A DNA stretch of 64,000 nucleotides from a bacterium (lineage in GTDB: Bacteria > UBA8248 > JACPRG01 > G963555815): positions 800,001 to 864,000 of the forward strand of contig CBDHDG010000004.1 in assembly GCA_965261595.1 (NCBI GenBank). Reading direction: 5' to 3'. The notes under the pieces were generated by a model. It had not been told where the DNA came from, searched no databases, and was given only the letters and a program-made list of their open reading frames with translations. The stretch's first letter is position 1. The number at the start of each line of letters is the position of its first letter. A program made the position numbers and the translations under genes. This document shows positions 53,360 through 64,000 of this stretch, one piece after another.

Positions 53360-54420
53360 TGGATGTGCACCTGAGAAAAATCCCCCACCATGAGACGGCA
53401 CGCCGAGGGTTTCGCGTCCGAGCGCCCGATCTCGGCGTTCCGTCCGATCAGGCTGTCGGCGATCCGCTGCCGCACGTCGCTGATTACACTTCCTTCCAGG
53501 ATGATGCTGTGCTCGATCTCGGAGCCGTGGACCCGGACCCTGTCGCCGATGGCGGTGAACGGCCCGATGTAGGAATCGCGGATCTCCGCCCCCTTGCCGA
53601 TCACGGCGGGTCCCCGGATGGTGCTGTTCACCACCCGGCTTCCCTCCTCCAGGGTCACCCGGAACTCGATCCGGGACGCCTCGTCCACCTCGCCCAGCCG
53701 GCGCTCCTCCAGGGTGTCCAGGATAAGCCGGTTCGCTTCCAGCAGGTCTTCCAGCTTGCCCATGTCCTTCCACCACCCCTGGACGACGTGGGAGTGGACG
53801 ACGCGGCCGTCGTCGATGAGCCGCTGGATGGCGTCGGTGATTTCGAGCTCTCCGCGCGCGGAGTACTCTATGGCGCGCGCGGCGTCGAAGATGGTCCGGT
53901 CGAACATGTAGACGCCGACCAGGGCCAGGTCGCTTTTCGGCCGGGCGGGCTTTTCCTCCAACCGGATCACCCGCCCCTCCTTGAGCTCGGCCACGCCGAA
54001 ATCGCTCGGGTTGGGAACGGGGCAGAGCAGGAGCATGGCGTTGGGCGCCTCGCTCTTGAAGTCTTCGACGAGGTCGCGAATGCCCCCCCGGATGAGGTTG
54101 TCCCCGAGGTACATCACGAAGGGCGAACCGGCCAGATAGTCTTCCGCCGTCAGAACCGCGTGGGCCAGCCCCAGGGGCTCTGACTGGGGGATGTAGGTCA
54201 CCTCGACGTCCCAGCGCGAGCCGTCCCCGACGGCGGCCTCGATGTCGGGCTGGGTCTCTCCCACAATGATGCCGATCTCGCGGATCCCCGCCTGCCGGAT
54301 GGCCTCGATTCCATAGAAGAGGACGGGCTGGTTAGCGACGGGAACGAGCTGCTTGGCGTTCGTGTAGGTGATCGGGCGGAGCCGGGTCCCCCGGCCCCCG
54401 CTGAGAATGAGTCCCTTCAC
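53356..54420 (-). CDS. rfbA: Glucose-1-phosphate thymidylyltransferase (long form)
   Basis: GGRGTRLRP, KQLVPVAN, LGDN, EEKP, RGELEITD, C-terminal beta-helix. Confidence 0.92.
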   Translation of the reverse strand: MKGLILSGGRGTRLRPITYTNAKQLVPVANQPVLFYGIEAIRQAGIREIGIIVGETQPDIEAAVGDGSRWDVEVTYIPQSEPLGLAHAVLTAEDYLAGSPFVMYLGDNLIRGGIRDLVEDFKSEAPNAMLLLCPVPNPSDFGVAELKEGRVIRLEEKPARPKSDLALVGVYMFDRTIFDAARAIEYSARGELEITDAIQRLIDDGRVVHSHVVQGWWKDMGKLEDLLEANRLILDTLEERRLGEVDEASRIEFRVTLEEGSRVVNSTIRGPAVIGKGAEIRDSYIGPFTAIGDRVRVHGSEIEHSIILEGSVISDVRQRIADSLIGRNAEIGRSDAKPSACRLMVGDFSQVHIQ

Positions 54421-54806
54421 TGATTTATTCCCCCCGTCCGAAACGGGGTCCGCCAGGGCGCGGGGACGGAATCCTTCGCAATCATCTGCCTCGTTATCGG
54501 GTGCGGGTCTTGAGGATCGCCTCCGGGAGACCCTCCGCCCGTGACGCGGTCTTCCCCCCGGCGCCGAAGGCCGGACCGCCGCGAGGAGGCCCCCCCCGCG
54601 CGTCGCCAAGATACTTCGGCCGCCCCTCGGAAGTCAAGGAATTGTATGGGTTCAAGACGGACGGAACGCCGGGCCCCGGCGTCGCCCCTTCGCGTCAAAG
54701 GAAGGACTTCCGCCCTCCCCCCCCCACCCCCCGATTCCTCCGGCCACGGGGGCGCTTCCGGTTAGGCGCGCCCTTCGGTGTGTGGTAAGGAAAGGCAGCC
54801 TGGATA

Positions 54807-55772
54807 ATGTCGAACCTCACATCGGGATTTTCCATGACCCCTGTTTACGCGATTCTTGCGGCGCTGAGCGCGGCCTTCTTCTTCGCCGTGGCCGATATCT
54901 TCCTGAAGCGGGGCCTTCAGTTCACCTCCCCGACGATGGCCCCGCTCATCACGGCCCCTGTCCAGTGGATTCTCTTCACGGGCATTTGTCTGTACACGGG
55001 GGCTTTTGCCGAGCTCAAGACCGCGGCCGTGCCCTGGTTCATGGCCGCCGGATTCATGAACTCGGTCTCTTTCCTGTCCCTCTTCCTCCTCGCCATTCGA
55101 CGCATCGGGGTGGCTCGCGCGGCCCCCCTCAAGGGGTGTTCTCCCATCTTCACGGCGGTATTCGCTTTCGTCATCCTCGGGGAGAAGCTGGCCGTCCCGC
55201 AATATCTTGGGATCGCCCTGGCCGTCGCCGGTCTGTTCGTCATCACGTCGGAGGATTGGGGGAAGGGGCCCCGCCCGGCCGGGAACCCGGCGGCGGATCG
55301 GGCCTCCGGGGACGGGGATCCCCCCGCCGCGGGGGCGGGCTCCGCAAAGGTCGGCTCCTTGATGTCCATCCTGGCGGGCGTGGCGCTCGGCATCGGCGCG
55401 GTGCTGGTCAAGATCGGCCTGGCCATCATGCCCTCGCCCCTGCTGGCCGCGTGGATCGGTTCATCGGTGGCTGTTCTCTTTTTTCCTTTTCTGGCGCTCT
55501 GCTTCCCGATGGGCGAGCGGCGCCGCATCCGGCTCGGGGCCCTTCCGTGGCTCATGCCGGCGGGCGCGATGGCGGGGACGGCGATCTATTCGCTGATCTT
55601 CGCCATCCATCTGGGAGAGGTGTCGATCGTCACGACACTTTATCAGACGTCCCCGCTCATGGTTCTCGTCCTGACGATGATTTTCCTTCGGCGGTGGGAG
55701 CGGGTGACGCCCCGGGTGGTCCTGGGGGCCTTGCTCACCGTGGGTGGAGGGTCGATGGTGGTTCTTGGATGA
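54807..55772 (+). CDS. DMT/EamA family transporter
   Basis: Two hydrophobic repeats, ILGEKL and ERVT motifs. Confidence 0.85.
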   Translation: MSNLTSGFSMTPVYAILAALSAAFFFAVADIFLKRGLQFTSPTMAPLITAPVQWILFTGICLYTGAFAELKTAAVPWFMAAGFMNSVSFLSLFLLAIRRIGVARAAPLKGCSPIFTAVFAFVILGEKLAVPQYLGIALAVAGLFVITSEDWGKGPRPAGNPAADRASGDGDPPAAGAGSAKVGSLMSILAGVALGIGAVLVKIGLAIMPSPLLAAWIGSSVAVLFFPFLALCFPMGERRRIRLGALPWLMPAGAMAGTAIYSLIFAIHLGEVSIVTTLYQTSPLMVLVLTMIFLRRWERVTPRVVLGALLTVGGGSMVVLG

Positions 55773-55903
55773 AAAGATTGCGGCTTTGAGCGACCTCTCG
55801 ATTGATCGGATGGCTCCGCTAGGGGGGGAGGGGGCTCTGTGGTAAAACGGGCGCTGTGACACGGCGCGGGAACGGCGGGATGGCTATAGAGAGGAAATCA
55901 AGA

Positions 55904-56566
55904 ATGTCGGACGCGAAGACGCTGTTCTCCGAAATGAAAAAGGAAATGGCCGATCTGGAGGATCGAATCCGTCACCATCCCTTCATCGCGGCCGTCGAAG
56001 CCGGCGAAGCGCCTCGGGAGGCGCTCACGATCTTCGCGGGGGAGCAGTATCACATCATCGAAAGCGACCTGAGGAGTGTGGCCCAACTTCTCTCCCGTCA
56101 CCCGGTGCCGCTGACACACGCGTTCTTTTGGGGGACGCTTCAGGGGGAGAAGGCCGCGCTGAATCACATCGTCGTTCTCGGCCGGGCCCTGGGGCTGGAC
56201 CGGGAGGCCCTCTCCGCGCGTGAGCCAGCCCCCGAGGCCCATGCCTATCCCGCCTACATGGCGTGGCTGGGGGTGTATGGATCAGCCGGCCAGACGGCCG
56301 CGGCGTTCGCTTTGAACTTTGACGCCTGGGGGGCGAACTGCGGCAGGATGGGGGCCGGGTTGCGGGAGCACTATGGCCTGTCCGCCGGGGATCTCGCCTT
56401 TTTCGAATCGTTTGCCAACCCCCCGGCGGATTTGGCTGAACGCGCGGCGGAAATCGTCGATCAGGATCTGGCGCGGGGCATCCCCCCCCAACGGATCAAA
56501 CAGTCCGCGAGGCTCCTGCAAGGCTACGAGCTCATGTTCTGGGACTACATGGAAAGGCGCCGATGA
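55904..56566 (+). CDS. TenA/THI-4/PqqC family protein
   Basis: HHPF, EQY.I..SD, YPAY, GYELMFWD. Confidence 0.8.
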   Translation: MSDAKTLFSEMKKEMADLEDRIRHHPFIAAVEAGEAPREALTIFAGEQYHIIESDLRSVAQLLSRHPVPLTHAFFWGTLQGEKAALNHIVVLGRALGLDREALSAREPAPEAHAYPAYMAWLGVYGSAGQTAAAFALNFDAWGANCGRMGAGLREHYGLSAGDLAFFESFANPPADLAERAAEIVDQDLARGIPPQRIKQSARLLQGYELMFWDYMERRR

Positions 56567-56822
56567 ATGGCCCTTCCTCCCCTGGTCAAGAAACGCGCCG
56601 AGAAATATTTCCACGCCTATTGCGAGAGAAAAGTTCCTCTTCACGTCAGGGACAAGGTGAGACTGGCTTTCGGTTTCCGCGGAAACAGCCTTACGCTCTT
56701 TGAGGAGCGGGAAAGCTATTTCGGCAAAAGCACGTGGACAAAATCCCCGGTGGCCCAATTCCGATATCGCCCGGAGAGCGGAGAATGGACGCTTTATTGC
56801 CGTAACAGGAATCTCCGTTGGC
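56567..56822 (+). pseudogene. DUF3024-like protein, 3'-truncated
   Basis: YCERKVP.HVRD...PVAQFRY....WTLYCRNRNLRW, then runs into the antisense strand of sodC. Confidence 0.65.
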
Positions 56823-57202
56823 GCCAAGATTCCCCCAGTCGCCCGCGTGACGCTTTGCGCTCTTGCGCCCGCCGTGGGAGGTGTTGGCCGGATTGAAGTG
56901 GCCGCCCGCACTCTTTCCATCAGGAGAACCGCAATCGCCCTTGGCATGAACGTGAAAACCATGCGAGCCCGCGGGCGCGCCCTTCGCTTCCACACTGACC
57001 AAAACGCCGCCTTCGGTCTCTTGAATGCGGACGACGCCGGATACATGGCTGCCGCTCTTGGCTTCCAGCTTGGCCATGGCCCGTTTCACCGCCATCTTCT
57101 TACCCGAACCTTCTTTGTCACCGCCCCGGCGCCGCCGGTGATGAGCACGACGGCCGCGACGGCGGCGATAGCCGCAACTCGTTTTCTCCCTGACACTTTC
57201 AT
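56822..57202 (-). pseudogene. sodC: Cu/Zn superoxide dismutase, frameshifted near 57110 and 3'-truncated
   Basis: Signal peptide MKVSG... in one frame; HGFHVH, GDC, SAGGHFNP, HAGDWGN in another; C-terminal third absent. Confidence 0.85.
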
Positions 57203-57270
57203 TCCTCCTTGAAGAATTATCCCCGGGTTCCCCTCAGCGGATTCACGCCAAGGGCATCCCGCACCATACC

Positions 57271-57642
57271 TCAGAACAGGACGATCAGATACCAGACGGA
57301 AAGCGCCCAATATGCGGCGGTCACGAGGCAGAGGATCACACAGTTCGCCGGGTGCGGCCGGACCCACGCGGGCAGAAGCTTCGGCATCCGGACGTAATTC
57401 AGATAGAGGAGGCCCGGCGCGTAGACGCCCATCGCCAGAAAGCTCGACACCCCCACGATGACGATCAACGGCCCCGGCCGCTCGAACCAGATGGTCGTCA
57501 GGCTGAGGACGGTCAGGAGGATCACCCACAGGTAATACCACCAGCGGAAGGGCCGCTTGCGCGCCCGGGACGACGCGGACCTCAGGTAATCGGCATGCAT
57601 CCGCGCGACGCCGTCGGTGATGGTCAGCCACGTATCGGCCAA
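57271..57642 (-). pseudogene. C-terminal fragment of a multi-pass membrane transporter (Nramp-like?)
   Basis: Several TM helices, DGVARM.AD motif; 5' part replaced by AT-rich DNA. Confidence 0.45.
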
Positions 57643-57868
57643 GAAAACATTATGAGAAAGTCCATTCTTCTGCCAATGAAGCGCCTGAATGCGTTCTAGT
57701 ACTATAACTATTTATTTTTATTCACTTATTTCAGTTCTTCTCCTGTTTCCAGCCCCTTGCATTCCCGCCATGTTTGTGCTCAGATACGCACCGAGTTGAT
57801 GCCGGTCATATTCGTATTGATTACGGACTTGCACACCGATTGCCATCGTATAAAGGCAAGGATGGTCC

Positions 57869-58669
57869 ATGCCCAGACGAAGCGAGCTCAGGATAACCAA
57901 GCGCACCGTGGATGCGCTCACCGTCGAAACCGAGGATGCCGTCTTCTGGGATCGGGATCTGGCCGGCTTCGGGGTGCGTGTCCATGCCACGGGCCGCAAG
58001 GTCTACGTGGTGCAGTCCCGGGGGCCGATCGGGCCGAAGCGAGTGACCCTCGGGCGTCATGGGGACATGTCGACCGATGAGGCGAGGAAGCGGGCGGCCG
58101 TGGTCATCGACCGCATCAAGCAGGGCGAGGACCCCGTGCCCGCGCCACCCGTACCGGAGCTCACAGTGTCCGAACTGTCCGAACACTTCATGCGCGTCCA
58201 TGTCAAGGTGCATTGCAAGCCGAGCACGGCCGCCAAGTATCGATTGGTGCTCGACAAACACATCTTGCCGGTGCTGGGCGGGATGTCAATCAGCGAGGTC
58301 GGACGAGGGGAGATTGCGGCGCTGCATCACCGGCTCCACGACACACCTGCAATGGCCAACGGGACGGTCAATATCCTGTCGAAAATGTTCTCGCTGGCCG
58401 AGGCGTGGGACCGGATACCGCCCGGACGGAACCCGTGCCGGTCGGTGCGCCGTTACAAAATGCGGTCGCGCGAGCGGTTTCTGACGCCGGAGGAGTTCCG
58501 GCGGCTGGGCCGGGTATTGAGAGATGTGGAAACGGACGGCTCGGTGTGGCCGCCGGCAATCGCGGCGCTCCGGCTGCTGCTGCTGACCGGATGCCGGAAG
58601 AGCGAGATCCTGACGCTGCGCTGGGAATTTATAGATCGCTTTTTCCCACGGCTTACGGCCATTGTATAA
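57869..58669 (+). pseudogene. Tyrosine integrase with arm-DNA-binding domain, truncated after the first catalytic Arg
   Basis: WDRDLAGFGVRV, RVTLGRHG, NPC, RERFLT, LLLLTGCRKSEI..LRW, then an abrupt switch to AT-rich DNA; no HxxR or Tyr. Confidence 0.88.
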
Positions 58670-59078
58670 CGCATTGATATTATAGGTTAATATCTGTTTC
58701 TCTATCTTTCCTGACTGACGACTTCCTGTAAAGTTCAACACTATTTCAACACGGTGCGCCGTGCCATATCGAGGCGCGCTCCTGACGCCGTGCGCCGCCG
58801 CCGATCCGCCGTTTCCGCCGATTCGAGACCATCGGCCGCGCGAATCGTAGCCGTTCGGATTCCGGCCCGGAGCCGCCCCGAACCCAGAAGCCCCCCGCCG
58901 GCGAGGGCCGCAATGATGGCGTTGACCAATGCCATCGCGCTGCCGGTGCGCCGTCCGTTGCCGCGAACCAATGCCGCGGGCGATCCCGTTCCAGGCGGTT
59001 CATCTCCATTCCGGAACAATACCGTTCTCCCGCAGGAACTCTTCCACCAGCTCCGCAATCTGCTCTTCCTAGGAGGCT

Positions 59079-60111
59079 TGACCTGCCCCCTTCAAGCGAG
59101 TCCAGTTCATAAAGGAGTATTCCTGGGTTGTAGAAGGAGGCGAAGGATGGCCAGGAAGCGGTTTACGTCCGCGCAGATCGTCATCAAGCTGCGAGAGGGG
59201 GAGGTGTCCCAGTCCCAGGGGAAGACGGTGGTCCAGGTGTGCAAGCAGATCGGGGTGACCGAGCAGACCGACTCCCGGTGGAGGAAGGAGTATGGGGGTC
59301 TGAGGATGGATCAGGCCAAGCGTCTGAAGTCGCTGGAGAAGGAGAATGGCCGGCTGAAGAAGCTGGTGGCGGATCTGTCTGTGGACAACCAGATTCTGAA
59401 GGAAGTCTCCTCGGGAAACTTCCAGGTCCGGCGAAGCGGAGAGGAGCCGTGGTATGGGTGCGAGAGCGGTCCGGGCCTGAGCGAGTCTGTGAGCGTCGGG
59501 CCTGCCGCGTGCTGGGACAGGCTCGATCGACCCAACGAAGAGTCCGACAGATTTCCAAGGAAGAGGGACGACTGGTGCTCCGGATGGTGGGGTTGGCCAG
59601 TCAGCATGGCCGGTACGGGTACCGGAGGATCACGGCGATTCTTCGCCTTAGAGGGGTGGAAGGTGAACCCCAAGCGCGTGGAAAAGCTTTGGAGACAGGA
59701 AGGGCTGAAGGTCCCGTCCAGACAGCCGAAACGAAGGAGACTGTGGCTCCATGACGGGTCCTGCGTGCGCCTGAGACCGACTCATCGGAACCATGTCTGG
59801 AGCTATGCCTGCGTACCCAAGAGGGGGGGGCTTTCCGTCTGCTGACCATTTTGGATGCGTACATCCTTTGAATGTTTATCCATTGATGCCCCAAGGCAGA
59901 TGAATCACCAGGATGTGCTGGAGCGGTTGGCAGAGCTGTTTGTGGACCGTGGCGTCCCCGAATACCTCCGGTCAGATAACGGGTCGGAGTTCACGGCCAG
60001 GGTGGTCAGGCACTGGCTCAAGGCGGTTGGCGTGAGGACGTTGTCCATCGAGCCAGGGAGTCCCTGGGAGAACGGATATGTGGAGAGTTTCAACGGGAAG
60101 CTGAGGGATGA
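59079..60111 (+). mobile_element. Second, degenerate IS3-family element (IS407-like), truncated by IS copy 3
   Basis: TGACCTGCCCCC end; orfA from 59147 (MARKRFT...LEKENGRLKKLV); orfB fragments YGYRRI, RSDNGSEF, PGSPWENGYVESFNGKLR with frameshifts. Confidence 0.85.
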
Positions 60112-61515
60112 TGGACCGCCCCTGGGTTATTGGACACTCGGGTGAGGGTATTCGACCTCATGCGGCCTCCGCAACTTGAGCGAGTTTTTCCTGCCTTGCC
60201 TGGGCCGGCGTTCGGTAGCCGTAGCCCTCGAGAATCCAATGATGGTTATACAGGTTCTTGAACTCAAGCAGCGCCCACCGCAGTTCCTCTACGGTGGCGA
60301 AAGAGCGCACCCACAGGAGATTCTCCTTCAAGATGCGGATAAACCACTCACAGTAGCCATTTCCCTCGGGCGCCCGCACGAAGCTGGGCGAACTGGTCAT
60401 GCCCAGGTAGGCGATCTCCCGCTGAAAGTCATCGGACAGATAGGCGGGGCCGTGGTCGTGACGAACTTTAAGCCCCTCGGCGACGTCCGCCTCCAAGCCG
60501 GCGAAGCGCTCGGCGACCCCCTGCCGGATCGGCTCCAGGGCCTCGAAGCGGTTGCCGCTCTTGGCCGCATGGATCCCCACGCAGTCCACCGAGCAGTGAT
60601 CCACCGCCACGAACACCGAGGCCATCCCCTCCTCGGTGGTCACCGTCGTCGTCATGTGCGTGCCCCACATTCGGTCGGGCCGCTCGGTGCGGATGGTCCC
60701 GTTGTGGGCCTTGGGACCTCGGGGTTTGCCCACCCGGTGGGGGGCCTGAAGCCCCGCCTCCCGCATCAGGCGACGCACCCGCTCCTTGCTGGTGCGGATG
60801 CCCGCGAAGCGCAGCCTCGCCCACACCTTGCGGTAGCCCTCGCCATGGAAGGGAGAGTCCTCCAGGACCTGCCGGATGTGGCCGAGGAGTTCCGCATCGG
60901 TGCACGGGCCCACAGGGCCGCGCTTATTGGGCGTGGGGCGTTCATGAACGGGGACCGCCTCTCGCCGCCGTTGCGCGTAGACCGTGGAGCGCGCCAAGCC
61001 CCAAAGGGCGCACACCCGCTTCAGGCCGTAGGCTCTGCCCGTGGAGGTGAAGCGGGCCTGACTCATCGCCTCCACCTCCTGCCGGCTAAAGGGCGGCCGG
61101 CCTCCAGGCGGTCGATCTTCTCCCGCAGGACCTCGCCCTCCATCGTGAGTTCGCCCACCTTGGCCTTGAGCCGGGCGTTCTCCTCGTCCCGCTCATCCGC
61201 CGGGCGGGCTTTGAGCGCCGCCTCGCCCGCGCGAAGGAACGCCTCGCGCCAGGCGGAAAGCCGAGCCGCTGTCGTGCCCAACTCGCGGCAGAGCGTCTCC
61301 AGGCTCTCGCCCCGCAAAAGACGCAGGACCGCCTCCCGCTTGCGCTGGCAGGAGAACCGACCCCGCTCACTGCGATGCCCTGGGGCCTTGGCTCCGTTCG
61401 CCCTACGGGCGCCCTCCGCCAAAGCCCCCTCTTGCTTTTGTTCGTTCATCGCGACACCCCTTTCTCCATGAATCATGGATCAATCGAGTGTCCAACAAAA
61501 CCCTAGAGCGGGGGA
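60112..61515 (-). mobile_element. IS3-family element, copy 3
   Basis: Near-identical to 4538-5941; flanks ATGA/TGCC show no TSD. Confidence 0.92.
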
Positions 61516-61819
61516 TGCCAGTCTACATTTCTTTGTTGTTCCGCATAAATCATGGGATTACCTGACAAAGTTACGAGTTCCCCGACATTTTGAGGTATTC
61601 AAGCTTGCAAAGCTTTATGCAGTACAAGCAGCTCAGGAACTTGTCAACATTCGCTATTATTTATCTAAATTACTGGACACGGCTGGCCCTTATGGGGTAC
61701 GGAAGCATTTGAATGAGATGGTAGTTTCTCGCGAACATGTGTCTAAGAATTCTTGGCAAATGGCTACGTATGAAGCCTGTGCCAACAGCGACTGGTTTTG
61801 TCGCGGAGGATTCAAATAA
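61516..61819 (+). pseudogene. AT-rich 3' gene fragment of unknown function
   Basis: Open frame to TAA at 61819, much lower GC than the host, 5' end cut by the IS. Confidence 0.4.
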
Positions 61820-61889
61820 GCTCGAGAGCTTGTGCAAATGGAGCTACTGTCAAATCTGATGTATGGCTGTCGTAAATCAAGCGGCTTTC

Positions 61890-62365
61890 CTGCCCGTCTC
61901 TCTTTCGTCCACCCCATCGATGAACTTCACATCGGCGACCACACAGGCCAGTTAACGGAAGCCGCGTAGGCGGCGCCATCGCTTCCGGTTGTTCATGGCG
62001 AGCTTGTTCACGAGGCTCAGCGCCGTTTTCACGCTCAGACAGTTCCTGGTCTTCACCGTTCGCAACCGTATGGTGGCGAAGGTCGACTCGATGGGGTTGG
62101 TGGTCCGCAGGTGTTGCCAGTGAGACGCCGGGAAGTCGTAGAAGGCGAGCAGTTCCTATCGGTCCCTCGCCAGGCAGTCGGCGGCCTTGGGGTATTTCGC
62201 CTCATGGGTGGCGAGGAAGCGCTCGTACTCCTTGTTCGCTCTCACCCGTGTATCGGCCCGCACATCTCGTGGAGCATCGACTTGGCTTCGCCCTGAAGAC
62301 GCTTGGGCAGCTTGTCGAGGACGTTCGCCGTCTTGTGCACCCAGCAGCACTGCGTCCGGGTTTCG
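61890..62365 (-). mobile_element. Degraded IS256-family transposase 3' fragment
   Basis: CWVHK, KYPKAADCL, HLRTTNPIESTFAT; paralogous to 62592-63820, frameshifted. Confidence 0.8.
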
Positions 62366-62498
62366 GGATCGCGGTAGGGACGCCCCATAAGCGTTAACTT
62401 GTTTAGCGCCATTCAAAGTAATTTAACAACTGCAACAGGAGATGGTTCACTTCGGAGTGGAACCGGGGGCTAAGAAGGCTAGAGATACGCTCAGATCT

Positions 62499-63825
62499 GG
62501 TGTATGGGGTGAATTGAAGAAGGCGGCGCATTCCTGCTGAAATGGGGTTGTGAAGAGCCCGGTTATTCAGCGAGAGAGGAGATGCGCCACCATGGAGAAA
62601 GATACGACGGTTACATTTTCGAATCCAGCCTTTCGGGACGAACTCAGCGAAGTGGTGCGCCACGGCGCACGGCAAATCATTCGACAAGCCGTGGAAGCGG
62701 AGTTGCAGGCCTTCCTGGAGGAGCATGCGGCCGAGCGCGACGGTCGGGGACGCCGATCGGTCGTTCGCAACGGCTACCTGCCTTCGCGGGATGTTTTGAC
62801 GGGAATCGGCCCGGTCCGTGTCCGTGTTCCCCGGACGCGGGACAGGTCCGGCGGGGGACATTGTTTCCGCTCGGAGTTGTTGCCGCCCTACCTGAAGAAG
62901 ACGAGGCGGGTGGAAGCGGTTGTGCCGTGGCTGTACCTGAAGGGGGTATCGACGAATGACTTCGAGGAAGCCTTGCAAGCGTTGTTCGGCGAATCGGTGA
63001 AGGGTTTGTCTGCGGCGAGTGTCGCACGTCTCAAGGGCGGCTGGGAGGTCGAGTACGCCCAATGGCGGGAGCGTGACTGGGGAGGCGAGGAGTTCGTGTA
63101 TCTGTGGGCGGACGGGATATACGTGAACGTGCGCAGCGAGGAGCGGCGTTGTCTGTTGGTGGTGGTGGGCTGCGACGTGCGTGGTTGCAAGCACTTCCTG
63201 GCCCTGGATGCGGGGTTCCGGGAATCGAAGGAGAGCTGGAAGGCGGTGCTGTTGAGCCTGCGCGACCGCGGGGTGAAGGCGGCGAAACTGGCGGTGGGCG
63301 ACGGAGGGCTCGGGTTCTGGTCGGCCCTGGCCGAGGTGTACCCAGAAACCCGGGCGCAGCGCTGCTGGGTGCACAAGACGGCGAACGTGCTCGACAAGCT
63401 TCCCAAACGCCTTCAGGGCAGCGCGAAGTCGATGTTGCATGAGATCTGGCGGGCGGATACACGGGCGAGAGCGGAGGAGGCGTTCAAGCGCTTCGTCGCC
63501 ACCTACGAAGCCAAATACCCCAAGGCCGCCGACTGCCTGGCCAGGGATCGGGAGACGCTTCTGTCCTTCTACGACTTCCCGGCGGCTCACTGGCAGCACC
63601 TGCGGACTACCAACCCCATCGAATCGACCTTCGCGACCATACGGCTGCGAACGGTGAAGACCAGGAACTGCCTGAGCGAGAAGACGGCGTTGAGCCTCGT
63701 GCATCAACTCGCCATGAGCGCCCAGAAACGCTGGCGTCGGCTACGCGGCTTCCGTCATCTGGCCGGCGTGGTCGCCGACGTGAAGTTCATCGATGGGATT
63801 GACGAGAGAGAGATGGGCAGGGAAG
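62499..63825 (+). mobile_element. IS256-family element (transposase from ATG at 62592), right end replaced by IS copy 4
   Basis: RNGY, YLWADG, VGDG, QRCWVH, RTTNPIES DDE motifs. Confidence 0.9.
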
Positions 63826-64000
63826 TCCCCCGCTCTAGGGTTTTGTTGGACACTCGATTGATCCATGATTCATGGAGAAAGGGGTGTCGCGATGAACGAA
63901 CAAAAGCAAGAGGGGGCTTTGGCGGAGGGCGCCCGTAGGGCGAACGGAGCCAAGGCCCCAGGGCATCGCAGTGAGCGGGGTCGGTTCTCCTGCCAGCGCA
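63826..64000 (+). mobile_element. IS3-family element, copy 4 (left end, runs off the window)
   Basis: TCCCCCGCTCTAGGGTTTTGTTGGACACTCG and the orfA start as in copy 2. Confidence 0.9.

Noticed and set aside
58754..59845. 363-aa ORF as a novel transposase fusion
   Set aside because: Low-complexity read-through into the orfA of a degenerate IS3 element; the real start is ATG 59147 with its own RBS.

Overview
GC-rich bacterial window in four parts. (1) 0.6-10.6 kb: a nucleoside-type ABC transporter, then a nested mobile-DNA stack. A GxxExxY (PD-(D/E)xK-like) gene framed by 9-nt-periodic inverted repeats is split by an IS3-family element (4-bp TSD) and by a transposase-less cassette (perfect 23-bp TIRs, 8-bp TSD). 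The cassette carries a decayed fused restriction-modification gene, itself hit by a second copy of the IS. Gene-less copies of the same repeat occur at 20.7 and 26.0 kb. (2) 10.6-35.6 kb: accessory catabolic/transport genes (tandem core methionine-synthase paralogues, xanthine-dehydrogenase-family Mo enzyme with an HcrB-type FAD subunit, GMC oxidoreductase, Rieske oxygenase, amidohydrolases, orphan binding proteins, a probable UxxC selenoprotein, a decayed dpp operon). (3) 35.7-56.6 kb: intact housekeeping genes (purB-C-S-Q-L-F, gmhA/hldE, radC, ugd/uxs, rfbA-C-B-D). (4) 56.6-64 kb: truncated genes, a truncated integrase and an IS graveyard (IS3 and IS256 families). All calls come from reading motifs by eye; no database searches were run.
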